From Strigamia acuminata (Eukaryota): 64,000 nt of DNA. Positions 44,844 through 59,800 of the stretch are shown here, one piece after another (the first letter of the stretch is position 1; each line of letters begins with the position of its first letter). The position numbers and the translations under genes are program-made. Where the stretch lies: positions 13,516,001 through 13,580,000 of the forward strand of contig OX442314.1 in assembly GCA_949358305.1 (NCBI GenBank). Reading direction: 5' to 3'. The notes under the pieces were generated by a model. The model ran no database searches. It saw only the letters and a program-made list of their open reading frames with translations, and was not told where the DNA came from.

Positions 44844-47800
44844 TTTTTTTTTAATAGTAAACAATTTTTAATCATCCAAGCCTCTAAGTTATGTGAACAT
44901 ATTTAAATATTTGAAACGTTAATTGTATCGTCAGTTAACCTGAATGTGTGGACAAAAAAATAGAGTTTATAGTTTTAACAAATCAAACTATGTCTGTTTA
45001 TTTCTTTCTTTATTATTTAAATGGTAAAAAATATAATTAATTACATCATAAGATGGGAAAACCACAACTCGTGGATCACTGAGGGGCTGACTGGAATGAC
45101 TGGGCCATTGGCTTTTTCCATTCCTTTACACGAAGGGGAAGACGGATTTAAAACTTTAACAGCAACTATAAAAAAAAATATATTTGTTTTGACCAACCAA
45201 CCACATGCTATGAAATCACACGTACACCCACGACACACACACCCACCGGATGTGGATTTTGAGCGGGAAAATGAGTTCTAAAAAAAATAAATAAAAATAA
45301 TAATGTTTAATTATTTGGAACTGTGAGATAAACCACTCGATGGCCGGATCTGATAAGGAGTGAAAAATTAAACGTAATTTTGTGAAATCAAAGAGCAAAG
45401 TTGAGTTATTGATATATCTAACCAGAACCGCGGATGATGGTCATTGGTTATTCCGATCACTTGCGCGCAGCTTGCTACAGGAGAAAAGGCGGGAACACGC
45501 ACGAAAGACGGCAGTGTGCGTGATGTGCATCAGAATTACATGCGCCCAAAATGCCATTACACTCCTGTATGGCGATAACGATTGCAGCTGTTTAACTATT
45601 TAACCACCGTTCTAAAGTCAACCAGTTTTTTTTTTTAATAAAAAATGCTGAAATTAAATTAGATTTATTTTTTAATTTATATTTTAATTTATTTTTAAAA
45701 AAAAATTTATTCAACGTTTTCGAAGTAGGGCGAAAAATTTAAACGGTTAAATTGAACTTGTCAAAGGCGAGGGTTGTTTGGACTATGAAATAGGATTCAT
45801 CGTCCTCTTGTGGATATGCAGAATTTGTAGTCGAACTCGTTCTGCTTTTAGGCTTGTTTTTCGAATCGTTCAAGAGCCCCGTCCAAACCCCCCTCTTGTT
45901 GCAGGCAGGGGGGCCCCCTTTGATGGAAAGGGAGCCTCGGAACCCCTCTATTTTACTTTTATTAGCTGGAGAGATGGTTCTAACGTGACAATTTACTCTT
46001 TTCATTTCCATGGCAACGACCATCCACGCCTGGCTTTTGTTTGTCGTACGATTTATACAATTTATTTCTATTTATTTATTTATTTATTTTCATTATCATC
46101 GTTTCGGAGTATTTTGTAATGTAATTTCAGCAGTCAGCTGTAACATACAAACTACATATAATGAAGGAGGGTACCGGGAAGTTTCACCGCCATCCGTAAC
46201 TTTGTATGTTCGCATTTCCTTTCCCGCCACAAAACTCAACTGTTTTCATTCGCGGCCATCTCGAAATCAGCCATGGAGAACGTGTGCGCAATAAACACTG
46301 CGCAGGATAAGGAAATACAGTGGGCTTGATAGAAATAATAAACACACATCACCACACTTGAAAAACCATCAAATTCTCTCACACACACGAATCCATCCCA
46401 CATTAAACCCCCCTAACCTCCGCAATTTCCCATTTTCCCCACAAGAAAAATAAAATAAACCATTAGTTGAGATTACTAAAATTCTTTTTTCGTTTCTTTC
46501 TCACCCCAACCCCCAAAATTTCACGTCATTAAAGAACAAACAAGTTTTTTCTCTCGACCATCACGTGACTCACTTGCACTAACTCGTCGATGAACCCTGA
46601 GCCACAGGAAGCAACTCATTTTACAATTAGGGTCCGTTAACGAAGCCTGCACTATCGGGCCTTCATAGTCCCTTTCAATACAGCGGAAATTAATTCTTTT
46701 CATTCACCACCCCCTACTTGAATGACCAAATGTGGGTATTATCCTTTAATGTGTTCTCACACTACTTTGAACTTCGAAAAACCAGAAGGTGATGCAACAT
46801 GATAAAATCACAATTTTTTTTTTTTTTTTTTAGTGATAATTTTTCTCGTTTTTGCATAGTTTTTTTTTTCAATTGCATATTAAGTGGCAGCATGTGTGAG
46901 GGCGTAGGTGTCAATGAGTCACAAACGCCCGCGTGCCCTTCATTCACGAACCCGCCAGCAGCTGCTGCATCCGACTTGACTCTTCAATGGACTCAGTGTG
47001 GATGAAAATTATACAAAAATTGCCACTCATACGTATAAAAAATAATAATTGTTTGTTTTTTTTTATCACTGTTTGAAGAAAAAAAAACATTCAAATACAG
47101 GAAGACGTCTGACTCAAACAACAACAAAAAAATTGGGATCCCGGAGCTCGAGTCCAAAAAATTCCTAACGATAATTGAATTTAACGTTGGAGAATGAAGC
47201 CATTTTTTTTTAAATTGGTGCCGAGCTGTCAGAAATATTTAATTTTTAAATGACACCATTAATTATTAGAATTAATTGTAGATTTTTTTTTCTTCATGGT
47301 TAACTGCAGAGTCATTATGGAAGCCTCCCAAAAAAGACATCTTCTCTGTTTACATTCTTGAAAAGCGATAAACTTATGAATCATCACTAGACACAGGATG
47401 GCAAACAACTTTTCACATCCCCTCGATATCAAAAAGTCAAAAAACCAAAACAGAAATTTTTACTAGCGTCATTATGACGTCAAATTACTTAAACAAAATT
47501 AGAAAAGTGGAAAACCGATTCAGAATTCACACTAACGCGCTCCCAAAAACCGACCTGACGTTACAAATCCTGGATATTGACCTCCCCCGTGAATTGCACA
47601 TGCACAAAAGGAATAAAATAGAAAATAAAAAATACCCCACCCATTATAGGAGACGGAAGAGTCGTAGGTTCCCGGAAAAACAAAAATAGCAACAAAATAA
47701 AAAGGCTTTATACAGTCAAACCATGTGTAGAACCCAGTTATTCATATTGACATCACCCAAATACATATTTTATTGAATTGCGTGTCGCCAAACAAATAAA

Positions 47801-50800
47801 CAACCAGACAGCATTTCTATGATAACAGCTCCAACACGTCATTAACGAGACAAATAAAAATTTCCTATATCTTGTTTTTGGTCTAAGGTAAATGCAGACA
47901 GGTGACGAAATGAAGCGGAAACACCTGTGCTGCTTTTATTACCCTTATTAATCCCAAGGTTATTCAAGATGGAACAAGCACATCGATAAATATTGAAATT
48001 GCTCGATCAGACGAAAAATAAATTACCTTTTGGGGAAAATATAAATGACCTTCATTTAGTATGGGTCAGTCTGTTTGCCAGACGTCAAACACGTCCTTGA
48101 GAACTAAGTGTGACGCAATTCTCTGCTTAATATGTTTGATATTGACAACACTTTGCATTTTAAGACTCATCGTTGACGTCACAATGAGTCTCGAGACAGC
48201 AGAGCGAGAAATTCAAGTGCATTGATAATTCTTTTCTTTTTTTTAAGCCCATTTTTTTTTAATTTTTTTTTTTATAATCCTGAGACCAGGCTATACAGTA
48301 CAGAGCACTAGGTCTGCAGGTCGGGGTCATCATTACACATCCTCGGGCACTTTTTTCTTCCTAAGACCAGTTGCTTGAGGATCTGAAACGAGGTGAGAAA
48401 GATTTGCTCCCATTAACTGCATCCGTCAGGAAATTTATTTACTTTTTTGCCTTTTATTCAAAAAAGAAAAACACATTTTACACCTTCGGGTCACTAATTG
48501 AAGGAATAATTGGACCTAATTACTCGACAAAAGGATAAAAATAATTAAATTTGAAAGGGTTGAGGGTGGAACAGGTGGAATCAACACCTTTCATCCCGGA
48601 GTGTGATTAAAGTTTCTTTTCCCGTCTTTTGGCTTCCGTAACCGGTCGGTATCGCCGTTCTATTTCCGTCAGTCAACCGCCCTCGATACGCGCTTCCTTC
48701 CTCTGACATTTTTCGAGGGTATACACAATGAGAAACATTGGTTTCATGAAAACTTGTTATTAGGGTAACATAGAACGAAAGTTTTGACTGAAAGAAATAA
48801 AAAACACTATTCAAAAAAAGTTTAAGTAAATAAATACATTGATCCAATGATTAAATAAGTAGGTGAACAAGTTCGTAAAGTACGATTGAGTGAATTCAAT
48901 CATGGGAAGTCAATCAAAAATGGTAAACAAGTCAACAATTTTCTGAGTGCAGTTTTCCAACACCTATCATTTCCAAGTGGCAAGGTGCAGGTTGAAATCG
49001 GATCAACGAACTTCTTTCTTTCTAGGCAAATTTCAAACCAGTTGCAGCAAGTAATCTAAAAATAGAGTCGATCTCTGTGTGAGAAAAATAATCGCCACCC
49101 ACATCAGGTTAAAGAAAATAGAAAAGGTAATCGACCTCATTGGCAGAAATTAAATTAGAAATTTGCATTTTTCTTATTGACGTGTAATTTGTGCACGTTA
49201 ATAATTTGGTGAAAGCTCCCTTTGAGAAAGTTTACAAAGTCGTTCACTTCCAACTGATAAATCAGCTGAAAAAGTCAATTACCCCGACTAACCTTTTTCA
49301 TTTCCCTTGCTAGTCCCAATACGATTAACTTAATTGAAACCAGCTACAAACAGAAACCTAAGAAGCTCGAGAAATGACTCAAGCAATGAGGCACCAACTC
49401 CAATCCCATGCAGGGGTGAACTCAGAAAAGTACCACTAAACACTTGACACCCTTCAATACTTCACCCACAGCTAATAAAGAAAATTCAAATGCAACAAAA
49501 ATCCTATATTTTAAAAAAATAAAATTCATATTCGTGACACAAAAGAACGACGACTGTTGGAACAATAATTACAAATTGATAGTTTAATATACAGTGTACA
49601 AACTATACTGTATTGACATTGTATCAGTTGCTATGTTATGTGAATAAAGCTGGGGGTGAATGTGTTCCTTGCACCAATCCCAGGCTATGCAAAGAAAATC
49701 AATACCCACAATCCCGCCTTAGAAAGCCAGGCGACCAATAAAATTCAAATTTTACGGGACATTGAACACACCCTATTCAAAGCCGATAGCGGGTTCCAAC
49801 ATGCATCTCATCCATCAGGAGTTAAAACAGAAAAAGCTGTTAGTTATCATCTGGTCTCTGTCCGAGTGGAGATATCTGGACATGGTCAGTCGGGCGCCGA
49901 AACAGACAAGATCCATTTCCTTTGGAAAACACCCACATGAGTCAGGAACTTGCACCATATAGAGAGGGGAGGAGGAAAGGGTCGGAGTGGTCAAGCGGGC
50001 AGTAATCGCAGCCAAATCCGAGGGGTGCCCAGTGGGGGCTAGTGGTGCCTCGGCGCAGCTGCCGGGAGGTCAAGGGGTCAAATAGCATGACTGTAGAACG
50101 AGAACCCCGATGGTCACTACTGCAGGCTGAGTTATGGACTGCTTGCTGCCATTCCTCCACCCCTTTTTGTAATCACCTCCACTGCGATAATTTCCTGTTT
50201 AGAAACAATAACAACAACAATAACAAATCGAGTGTTATCAGCGCTTGAAGAATTGTACAAGATTAATGGCTGCAAACAGCATCCTACGTAGAACCTTTCT
50301 TTAATTTAATAAAAATTGTTAACAGAAGAGAAAGAGGAAGTTCATTGGCATCTCGAGCGAATTAAATTACATCAAAACATGGATTGATGCCAAATGTGAG
50401 TGCTGGTGGTGTAACAATAATTGACAGCAGTAGGGCAGTAGAACCGAAAGAAAAATAGAATAGCAAACAACTCGTTTTTCTCTTAATATTGCAGAGAACA
50501 ATAGTTGATCTTTTTGACAGTTTTCATTTCGGTTTACAAATCGGTTTCGAGTTTTTCGGTTTGATTTCTTTCGTGCAGCATATCACGTTTCACGTGCAAA
50601 GAAGGACTTTTAATTCGAACAAAAGCGCATCAGTTGAAGGTTTGCCGGACCACATATCACTCAGCTTATTTTTATATAGGTGAGGTGAGGGATTAAGGTT
50701 TTGTTCGTTACCCCTCACCCGCACTGAAACCACACATGTATGATCGCTTAGCTCTTAGCATGTTAAGTATTCTCGTCACTCGCACGACTAGGGCAGAGAA

Positions 50801-53800
50801 GAAACAACCTCGAGCTCGACCCCGTGAATAACCCTCTGAAAATAAAAGGCGGCTCAGTGGGATGGGTCTCTTCTTCATTCCGACACCCGGATGAAATACT
50901 AAACACGTCGAGTCATTTATCTTTTTCATTTAACTCTTCAATGACATCCGTTCCATCAATTCTTCTTGTAATAATTTAAGAGATGGATGCCCTTGATAAA
51001 TTCTTAGCATGAAATAAAGAGTCGGATGTCAATTCAACCGTGTCAGGAGGTCAGTGGTTGTTTGTATATCTTGCTACGTTCTGCAGAAGTAAACAAAACG
51101 CCAAAGACTTGATTGAAAGTGTAACTTAAATTATTTTATTTATTATTTGGTTTATAGAACCCACCCAATGTTAGGTTGCTTAGTGCAAAGATAAACTTTG
51201 TGACGCCCGTCGTCTAGGAGAAAAATCCCTATTGCCAACTTGTACGCACGGTTTGCAGTCGTCCAACACGTTGTACTCACTAGAAAAAGATTGCAAAAAT
51301 GGTGTCTTGGCTCCCTTCCTCTCCCGTCGTAGCTTATCTAAGCTTAAACCTATTTGCAAAGTGACTTTTGTAATTTGAAGAGAAAAGGCAGCGCACAAAA
51401 ACACACAAAACAACGTCCCATCTGACCAACAGATGACATGATACTGTATCACGAGAAAGATAAGTCAAGGTCGTCGAGGAAAAAAGCCAATATGGGATGG
51501 GTGGAGTATGAGAAATTTGCAGACAAATGTTGGAGGAAAAAATGGGAGTGCAAATAAGGTTTCAAGGTCTCGAGATTAATTAAGGAAAAGAAGAAAGGTG
51601 GACGTAACAATAACGCGGATATCTGTCCCGAAATAATTCCACCAACGTCTCGTGAAAAATAACATCAAGGACCGCCGGCAACTTTCCATTAAATAACCGC
51701 AAGACTAGACGTGCAATTCCTCTTCTTTCTTTTCTTCTTTTTTTTATAGTGAACGCGGGGGAGGATCCTGGAGCAAAAAGGCTCTGTCCTTTTCAAGGTC
51801 AAGGCCAGTTTTAGCCTCGGAGAATGAATAGCAATCAGCACAGAGTGATGTACAAACTAAAAAGTAAATAACTACTTCAAACATATCCCCAAATACAAAT
51901 AGATTAAATGTAAAGGAGTGTAAACAAAGTGTAAACACGATTTTATTTAAATTCTTGTCAAAGATCAACAATTTTTTTTTTGTTTTTTTAAAAAGCGTAG
52001 TGGAAAATTTTCTTCCTTTTTTTTCTGTGTCAGCAAATGAACGAATTCCATATAAATGGTAGTAGACTATGAAATGATGTATGACCCTGACCGATAGGTT
52101 GACCGATGCTGCGCCACCCTGGCCGCCGGGCGAATTGAGTTTCAAGGCCGTGTCGGTTACACAACACTAGATTAGGACAAAAACAACGGTTTAAGTGCGA
52201 GGAAGAGAGCGAGAGAGGAGCATAGATCATGTGTGGATGTGGACAGTTATCTAGGGTCGAATGGATTGAAGATGCGAACGAGCTAATGGGACAGGGCGAG
52301 CGAGATAGCGAGGATTTTGATTGTGATAAAGAGCAAAGAGGGGTCTGTTTTTCGCGGTGCTCAGTAACCTTATTCCCCCTTTTGTCTATATTTGGTTTTG
52401 GACTTTTTATAAGAATGGTTCCACGAACACAGATGCGTGTTCAGGTATTCAGAGAAGGGGTGGAGTTGTGTATGCCTATCGCCGCCATCACGAGAGGTTT
52501 TAACCACGCCTTGGAACTACCATCCATCAAATTGCATTTCAACTCGTTTAATCAAGCGTGGAATGGAGGAAAGATTATCTTGTGCGATGACGATAAACTG
52601 GATCGTTTTGAGTTTGATCGTTATTCGTTTCGCAATGAGTTTATGCCGAAAGTTGTACGTTTACGCAAGAAATCCGTGTGGCTTTTATTTTTAAATCGGA
52701 TTTCCCGTTTTTGGCGTTGCACGCAGTTGAAGCTTATCACAACTTCATTTCCTCGCTTGGTAATTGATCGAAACAAGTGCTCGCCTAATATGAAACTTTA
52801 ATTTACCATCGCCTAACAATACCACTTCCTTTTTAACCAACGGTCTAACCTTGTACACTCATAATGAGAACGCACTTCTGCGTAAATCCTACTCGTTTCG
52901 GTAATAGATCAATTTTGGCCTGAAAAAAGGGGCATTATATTGAAAAATCCAAAGTGATGAAACAAACACGTCCATCAAAGAGCTTGAAAAGATGATGCGT
53001 CGACCTTGATAGTGAAACAACTAAAACAGTTACATACACCGTGAACTTGACCTATTTTACGTACAACGGACCCATATCGATGCAAATAATAGACCGGTCT
53101 ATTCTTTCCCACCACTTTTTCTATTGCTGCACAGTGCACACATGTGACACACTTTATTCTGCAATTCATTTTATGCGGCACTGAAACGAACTCATTTTAT
53201 CTTTGTTTGCAGCAACACGCGACATAAATAGAAAATTAACGAACTCTTTGTTATTCCAGTTTTTATCGTTTGATTAATAATTTATTAATTATTAAATTAT
53301 TAGTGTTATGAAAATTGATAAGATTTTAGACCCGAAAATCATAAACATGAAGGAAATTTTGTTGGAAAAAAAAGATTAGAACTATTTTTCGCCTTGTATA
53401 ATTACTGAACTTGGCGAAAATGTTGTTCTTTTCGTCTGAAGCGGATGGATATTTGGAGAGTCACGCATGAAGTACTTCCTTTGCCTTAGGGGTTCTCGGC
53501 CCCGATTTTCAAGGGCGCGCACTGACATACATTTAGATACTTCATGAAATCTTGAGAACGAAGGAGCGTTCAGAAAAGGCAAAAAAAAAATAATTGATGT
53601 GGAAAAAAAAGTCACAAATTACAGTGCTCACTAAAGTCAAAAGCAGGAAGAAAGTAAATGTTTTCCAAGAAGCAAGACTCTCATTATGCTAAGCCATGCA
53701 ACTAGTCAAACTTTCAAATTGGATATTTTTTTTTCTTTTCTCTTACCACATACATCTAATTTGTAGAAGGGGGAAAAAACATTGGAAAACTAATTCTCTA

Positions 53801-56800
53801 ATTATCCCACGCTACCAAACCGCGTTTGCACCGGTCTTGCACATATACCCCCTCAGCCCTCACTCAACAACCGTTAGGCGGTGTAACCGAGATTAAGTGT
53901 TAACCAATTTGTGACGGAACGTTAATTTTCATAGGCCGTTAATTTTAATTGAACATTCCCTTCAATTTTATTTTTTCTATTTTTTCTTGTTGTTATTTGC
54001 AACAGTTTGCCCTAAAAAAGTTTTATTCTTTTAATGGCATTAAATCAAGCAGTAAATAAAAGAAAAACGTGACATGTTTCCTTGAGGTAAGGGACAGATT
54101 CGAGCCTCCTCACCTTGAACTAAGAAGCTCAAGCCCTTCCAGCATCCATTAAGGGCGGGCGGGACCTCGGATGGCGGCCATTGCCTGCCCAGTTCAAGGA
54201 GAGAAGTGACGCACGAAGAAAGAGGGAGAAGAGGTTTGTTTTGCATGAACATCACGTTGCAAGAGCGAGAAAAAGCGAGAGAGAACCGCGCGAGTTCTAA
54301 TCAAAATGCGAATATGCAAACAAAAAATATATGGGCAAACATAAAACCTCATTAAGTGCATCGTAAGTTGCAAGAAATGATCATTCATTGCTATTGTACA
54401 ACTTTATTCCATTCGTTTTGCCATCTTGGGCAATAAGATCACGCACGGCACGCAACGAGCATTCCAATTACTTGTTTCATTTCTAAAAACAAAATTATAT
54501 ATTATTTTAAAAAAAATATTTTTTTTTTCGAGTAAAAAGGAAATAGTCTGTTGTTTTTTGGTGTTTATTTTATTTTTATTATCTTGTTTTTACCTTATAA
54601 TTATAATTTTATATTACAATTGTAATGTCTGAGCTGTCAGGAGGAGATGAGCTGGTGGTGGAGCATCATCCAAGCTAAGGAATCTCTCCAAGGGCGTTTT
54701 GGGCCGCTTCTCTTGCGCATCTCTCACACTACAATCAACACGGATTCAAGTTTCTTCCCAACCGTGGCATTGTGCGTAAAATTGGCGAAATTCTGCAAGC
54801 ATCCATTAAACCTATGAGCTATGAAGTAGCTAAAAATGCACAAAACATACACACACCCCGAATTACTCTGAAAAATATCTTAAGTAATCCTTGCTAATCC
54901 TTTTGGGCCCCATCAGTCTGGGCGCCATCAAGTCTCCACACCCAGATTCGTAAAGAGAAAGGATTTTAAAAACAAAGAATCTCGACTGCAGAGACACGAT
55001 AGGGCGCTTGAAAAAGCCACATTTTGCTGCTCTTCCTCGTCTCGAGTTAACAAGCAGGTGCCAGGAAATTGAAAATACTAGAAAGACCCGACACCTGGGA
55101 AGGAAAAGACTCAAAAGAAGATTGATAAAGAGAACCGTACCATGCAGGTGTATTTTATTGTTCTTAAAAAGGTTTTCAAAAGTAAAAAAATAAATAAAAA
55201 TAAAAATTCTATTTTGAAAGTTAGATTTCGACCTTTAACTTGTTGCTTTCACTCCAATATTTATCTCGAGAAGAAATCTGAAAGGAATGCTAATGAATAA
55301 ACAATGGGTCAGGAAAAATCAATAGCATTTGAATACGTTGCAATTTAAATGTAAAATCCATTCCACACACGCCTCATTACCCGTGCTATTTATCTTAGGC
55401 GGAGGAGAGAAAAGAAAGAAAGAAAAGGAAAGGCGAAGGAAAAAGAGAGCGAGCTGTACAAAGCCATAAAACCTTATGACCAATTCAGCAATAAACCTCA
55501 ATGACCAAATCTTATGCTGTATCGCTAGATATCTCTCAAGAGACGCAGTACGCAGGAAAAAGGACTTTTCGACTCCACCTGTATCGTAGTCAAAAGTTGT
55601 GGAACAAAAGGGTTGGCCTTATTTCTTTTGTGTTGGACGCCACCTTTTACGACTAGCTATTTGGATTGGATTGGTTCTCGTCCCTTCTTCTTCCTAGAAA
55701 GCCTTGGCGCCATTGAGGGGCGGAAACAAAGAGCATAGGACCCCCTCACCGCACTCACCAAACTCCCGCACTTCCTCGTGTGCTTTTCCCGCCCACATAG
55801 CCAACCCTTTCGGGCGCCATAAGCAACCAGTTGGAACGCAATGGCCTAGGGCTGCTATTTTGGACAAGCAAAAGCAAAAAAAAAATAAAGAAAGAAAGTG
55901 CGAGAGAAAGAAATAAAATAAAGAAGGGGCTACTGGAGCAAGACGAAATGGAGAAAGGGAATTCCCTTTAAAATGGAATTTAATGGCCAAGAAAAAGAAA
56001 TAAAAAGCCAATCCTCCTAAACGTGCGCGAAATAAAGAAAACAGATCTCTCGAAACTCGTCCACTTTCCTCTTTTCTTGTCGGTATTTTAAATATTCGAC
56101 TGCTTTTCTGGAGATTGAAAGGTGCATAATCATCGGAGACAGCAATTCTTCTCTTTTCTTCTTCTCAGCAGGTAACGGGATGCACTTGAAAGGGTTAAAG
56201 ACGTGCGTTTAAATCAGAGTCACGATGGAACCACCTGTGCTGTGCCTCCAACTCCACCACTTGTGTTTTAACCATGAAGACGAAGGGAAATTTGAAGGGT
56301 GCATGGATGGAAAAGAAGTCAAAGTGACATGCGTTCTGTCGTCACTCGGGCCACCTGGATCACATCTGTCTTCAAACTCCCCAATCATTCATCTGTGAAA
56401 ACATAGCACTCAATTCCCTCATTCTTTTAAGACTTTTAACTTGTCGCTTCAATTCAGCTCGTACATCTGACACACACTGTCATCTAGATAAGTATCTGAA
56501 AACCCAAAAACCCCACGCGTTTCTCCCTCGCATAATTTACCCATTGACAAATAACCACAAAAAGCAAACCACTAACTGACAACCCTTTTTAAAAGCGCAT
56601 CAAGCCATCAACTGACTTTGGCCACCCAAGGTGCTGACGATTTTCCGAACGTTTCCTGGAAAATTCGATTTTATCCTCAAATCCCAAAAGAGCGTGCAAA
56701 ATGGTGCAAGTAAGAGGAAACCGTATATGTAGGGGAATGTTTACACCCAGTCTAGCAAACTGTGTTGCTTGTGGGTGGTTATAGGGGATGACGGGAAGGG

Positions 56801-59800
56801 GGGATGCATCTTTCCTCGAGTGGCATCGAGGGACTTAGTTTGGGCCTCAAAGACTTTCTTTATCCTCTCTTTTAGCTGCAGATGGAGAGGAGATAAGTAG
56901 AAAGAGGAGGTGGTGGTGGTGATGGTGAATGGATGACAGATAAAGGGACGCGTGATCGCGTTTCGTGACACCCCCGCATCGATACCGAGAGAAAGGGGTC
57001 AGTAACCGAGGCATCCATTTTCAGTTTCAATAAACAAATGAGACAAAGTTAAACAAATTGGAGAGGTTTTACAAGGGCTTTAAAAATGGCATTTTGTTGA
57101 CGTGTTTGTGTTGCTAGAAGATCAAAATAAGAATGACGGATAAGCTGAAGGGATCGGTTACTTCGGAAATCTTACTGGGATTGTTTTTGAATCTCGTATC
57201 TACCTCAGTTGCCGAAACACAACGGAATTTAAAACTCGGATAAAAACAATTGTTATTTTACACCCGCGAATCACGTTTCAGGAACACATTTCAATGCAAC
57301 TGGGATACGAGAGTGAGCATCGCACAACTTGTGGTTATCAAACACGCATTTTATTCTTGGAAATAAAAATTTAGAAAGCGTCACAATATTAACAAATTAA
57401 ACAAATACAAATACCAGAGGTGAAATATGTAAGAATTTCAATTCCTGTCTCAAATTACCAAATAATTTATTGCTCTGCTTTTACAATTTTTATCAAAATT
57501 TACTCAAATGAACATATTTGATGCATGTCCGTCCTTTGCACTTTTTTGTCAGTATTAATGCATTCAGTCTGTTTTTTTTTTCAATGTAGTTCCTGGATGA
57601 TGCACACATGTATTCCGGGCTTAGACAAATGATGCATCCCTCTTTTACATTTAAAATGAATACCCGGTTGCACATCTGAACACACATTTTATTCAAAACT
57701 CACACACCACGCTGTGTTTGATTAGTGCATCATGCAACAGACTCATTTCCTCGCACCTTCATCGCACCTGTTGCATGTCGTGAAGTATGGCAAAAGCATC
57801 ATTTGTTCCACATTCAACTACTTCTATACAGAAGCTTTTTATTCTCTTTGAAATGTGAAAACGTGAAATAAAATGCAAGATTTTATTTCACTGCTGGGAT
57901 ATTACCGATATCGCCCGTGACCTCTTGGCCTATTTAATTCATCATTAACATCTAATATAAATAAGCAAATAGGCTTTAAAAAAATAAAAGTAAGTTGTAT
58001 TTAGTAAAAAAAAAAAAATTCGAAAATATTTAATAAGGTTAATCATTTTATCATGTTTTTCACAACTTGTTTACAGCCAATTTGACAGTTTACAGTTTTA
58101 TCAGACATGTCGTGATAAAAATTATAAATTATCAATACCGATCAATTAGTAAGACCGACAAATCATTTAATATAGTAAATTTTAGTATAAAAATATGATA
58201 AATAATTAATTTCAGTATAAATATTTCCTTTTGACCTTGTAATCTAATTTTGAGGAAAACTACAAACATTCTTTAAAGTTATTTATAATAAATTATTAAT
58301 GGGATTTAAATTATCTCATTTTCACCCTTCAATTTCAACAAACAGGTTGATAAGTCAGTGCACCGTCCCTTCCATTCTTTTGGTCAACAAGTGTGATAAG
58401 GACAACCTTCTCTGCTGACCCTGACACATATTCATGATGCTATACGCACCACATGGTCTCATAGTCATAACCCATCCCTTACTAAAAAAAATTCCTGGAA
58501 AATTTCTTCTCCCCTTCTAAAAGCTGCCACATTATTTTTCCTCTTCAATTCTTCCTTTTTTCTTTTTTTTTTTAACCTTCTTCGTAATTGGTAAAATACC
58601 AACAAAAAAAACATAATTGTATTTGCGTGTAGGAAACCAAACGACATATCATAAATGATTAAGGGGAAATGATTGAAAAAAGGAATCTCGTTCATTTTTT
58701 ATCATTTTTTTATGTTGTTCTCGCTCGGTTACCAGTGCATCCATCCCTTGTAATATTCATGCATTCCAGGCACCAACAAAATGCTAACTAAAAACCTTGG
58801 ACTGGCGTAAAATCTCTTTTTGCAAACACTCTCATTATGTCTGCTTTGACGGAGCGTTAATTATCAAATGGTCACTTCTTGTGGGCCACCAGTTCAATTT
58901 CCCCTGCTCAGACTCCTTAAAAAGAGGGCGACCTTGTCCTTGCTTCACGCTCTGCCGCTCACTTTTCTCATTCTCAGACGATACAAAAGAAGAGAGAAGC
59001 TTAACATGGACAAAGTCAGGCGGTTACTCAGCCTCGAGGTCAAAACATAAAAAAGTCATAATCATACTTACATACATAAATTTTTACTTATTTATTTTAT
59101 TTTTTTTTCTCCCTCGAAAAATTCCGTAACCAAAAGCGAGTGAATTAGCTTTTTTCTTCTCTTCTATGATGTCATCTTGTAATCCTTTTTAATTATTAAA
59201 TTCAACGGAATAGCGGATGTTGGATTGTTTTGAAAGGAAATTACATCAAGTCAAGTGATTAGCAATGCAAATTTATGTTGTTGATAAAAAATGGAGAGTA
59301 AAATGCAAGTAAGACGACGAGTTGAGTTGATATATCCCCTTAGGAAAAGGAATAGAATGGGATGCTGGATAGAAAGAATGGAAAGTCGTAAAGTAGAATG
59401 TACACAATGAGCAATTACAATTGTCTATTTTCCTTGCACCTTTCTTTCACTGCAGGAGGAAGGAGACCTTGAAGAAATTATAAACAACACCAAGGACTGG
59501 ACTAAGGAGGAGCCTGTGGGGTTGTGAAATTTTCATGAATTTCTGCGCTGAGTGCACGCACATTCATGATAAGAGAGAGTGGTCGTCGTTAATTTCCAAG
59601 GAGTGCTTCGTCTCCGCCCCAATCTCACATTCATGTACCTACAAAAATGCCTATTCAAATCGATGGAGATAAAACATAAAATTTGAATTTCAAAATAAGA
59701 AAGAACGTCAAGAAATTTTTGGGTTCGTATCTATGCATCTATGTAAAAATAAAAAATAAAATAGAAAACAAGAAAAAAAGTGTCGTCTGAAAACGAAATT

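Noticed and set aside
52229..52801. 190-aa ORF in the gene-free tract
   Set aside because: No domain, atypical composition, no supporting exon chain; likely chance.
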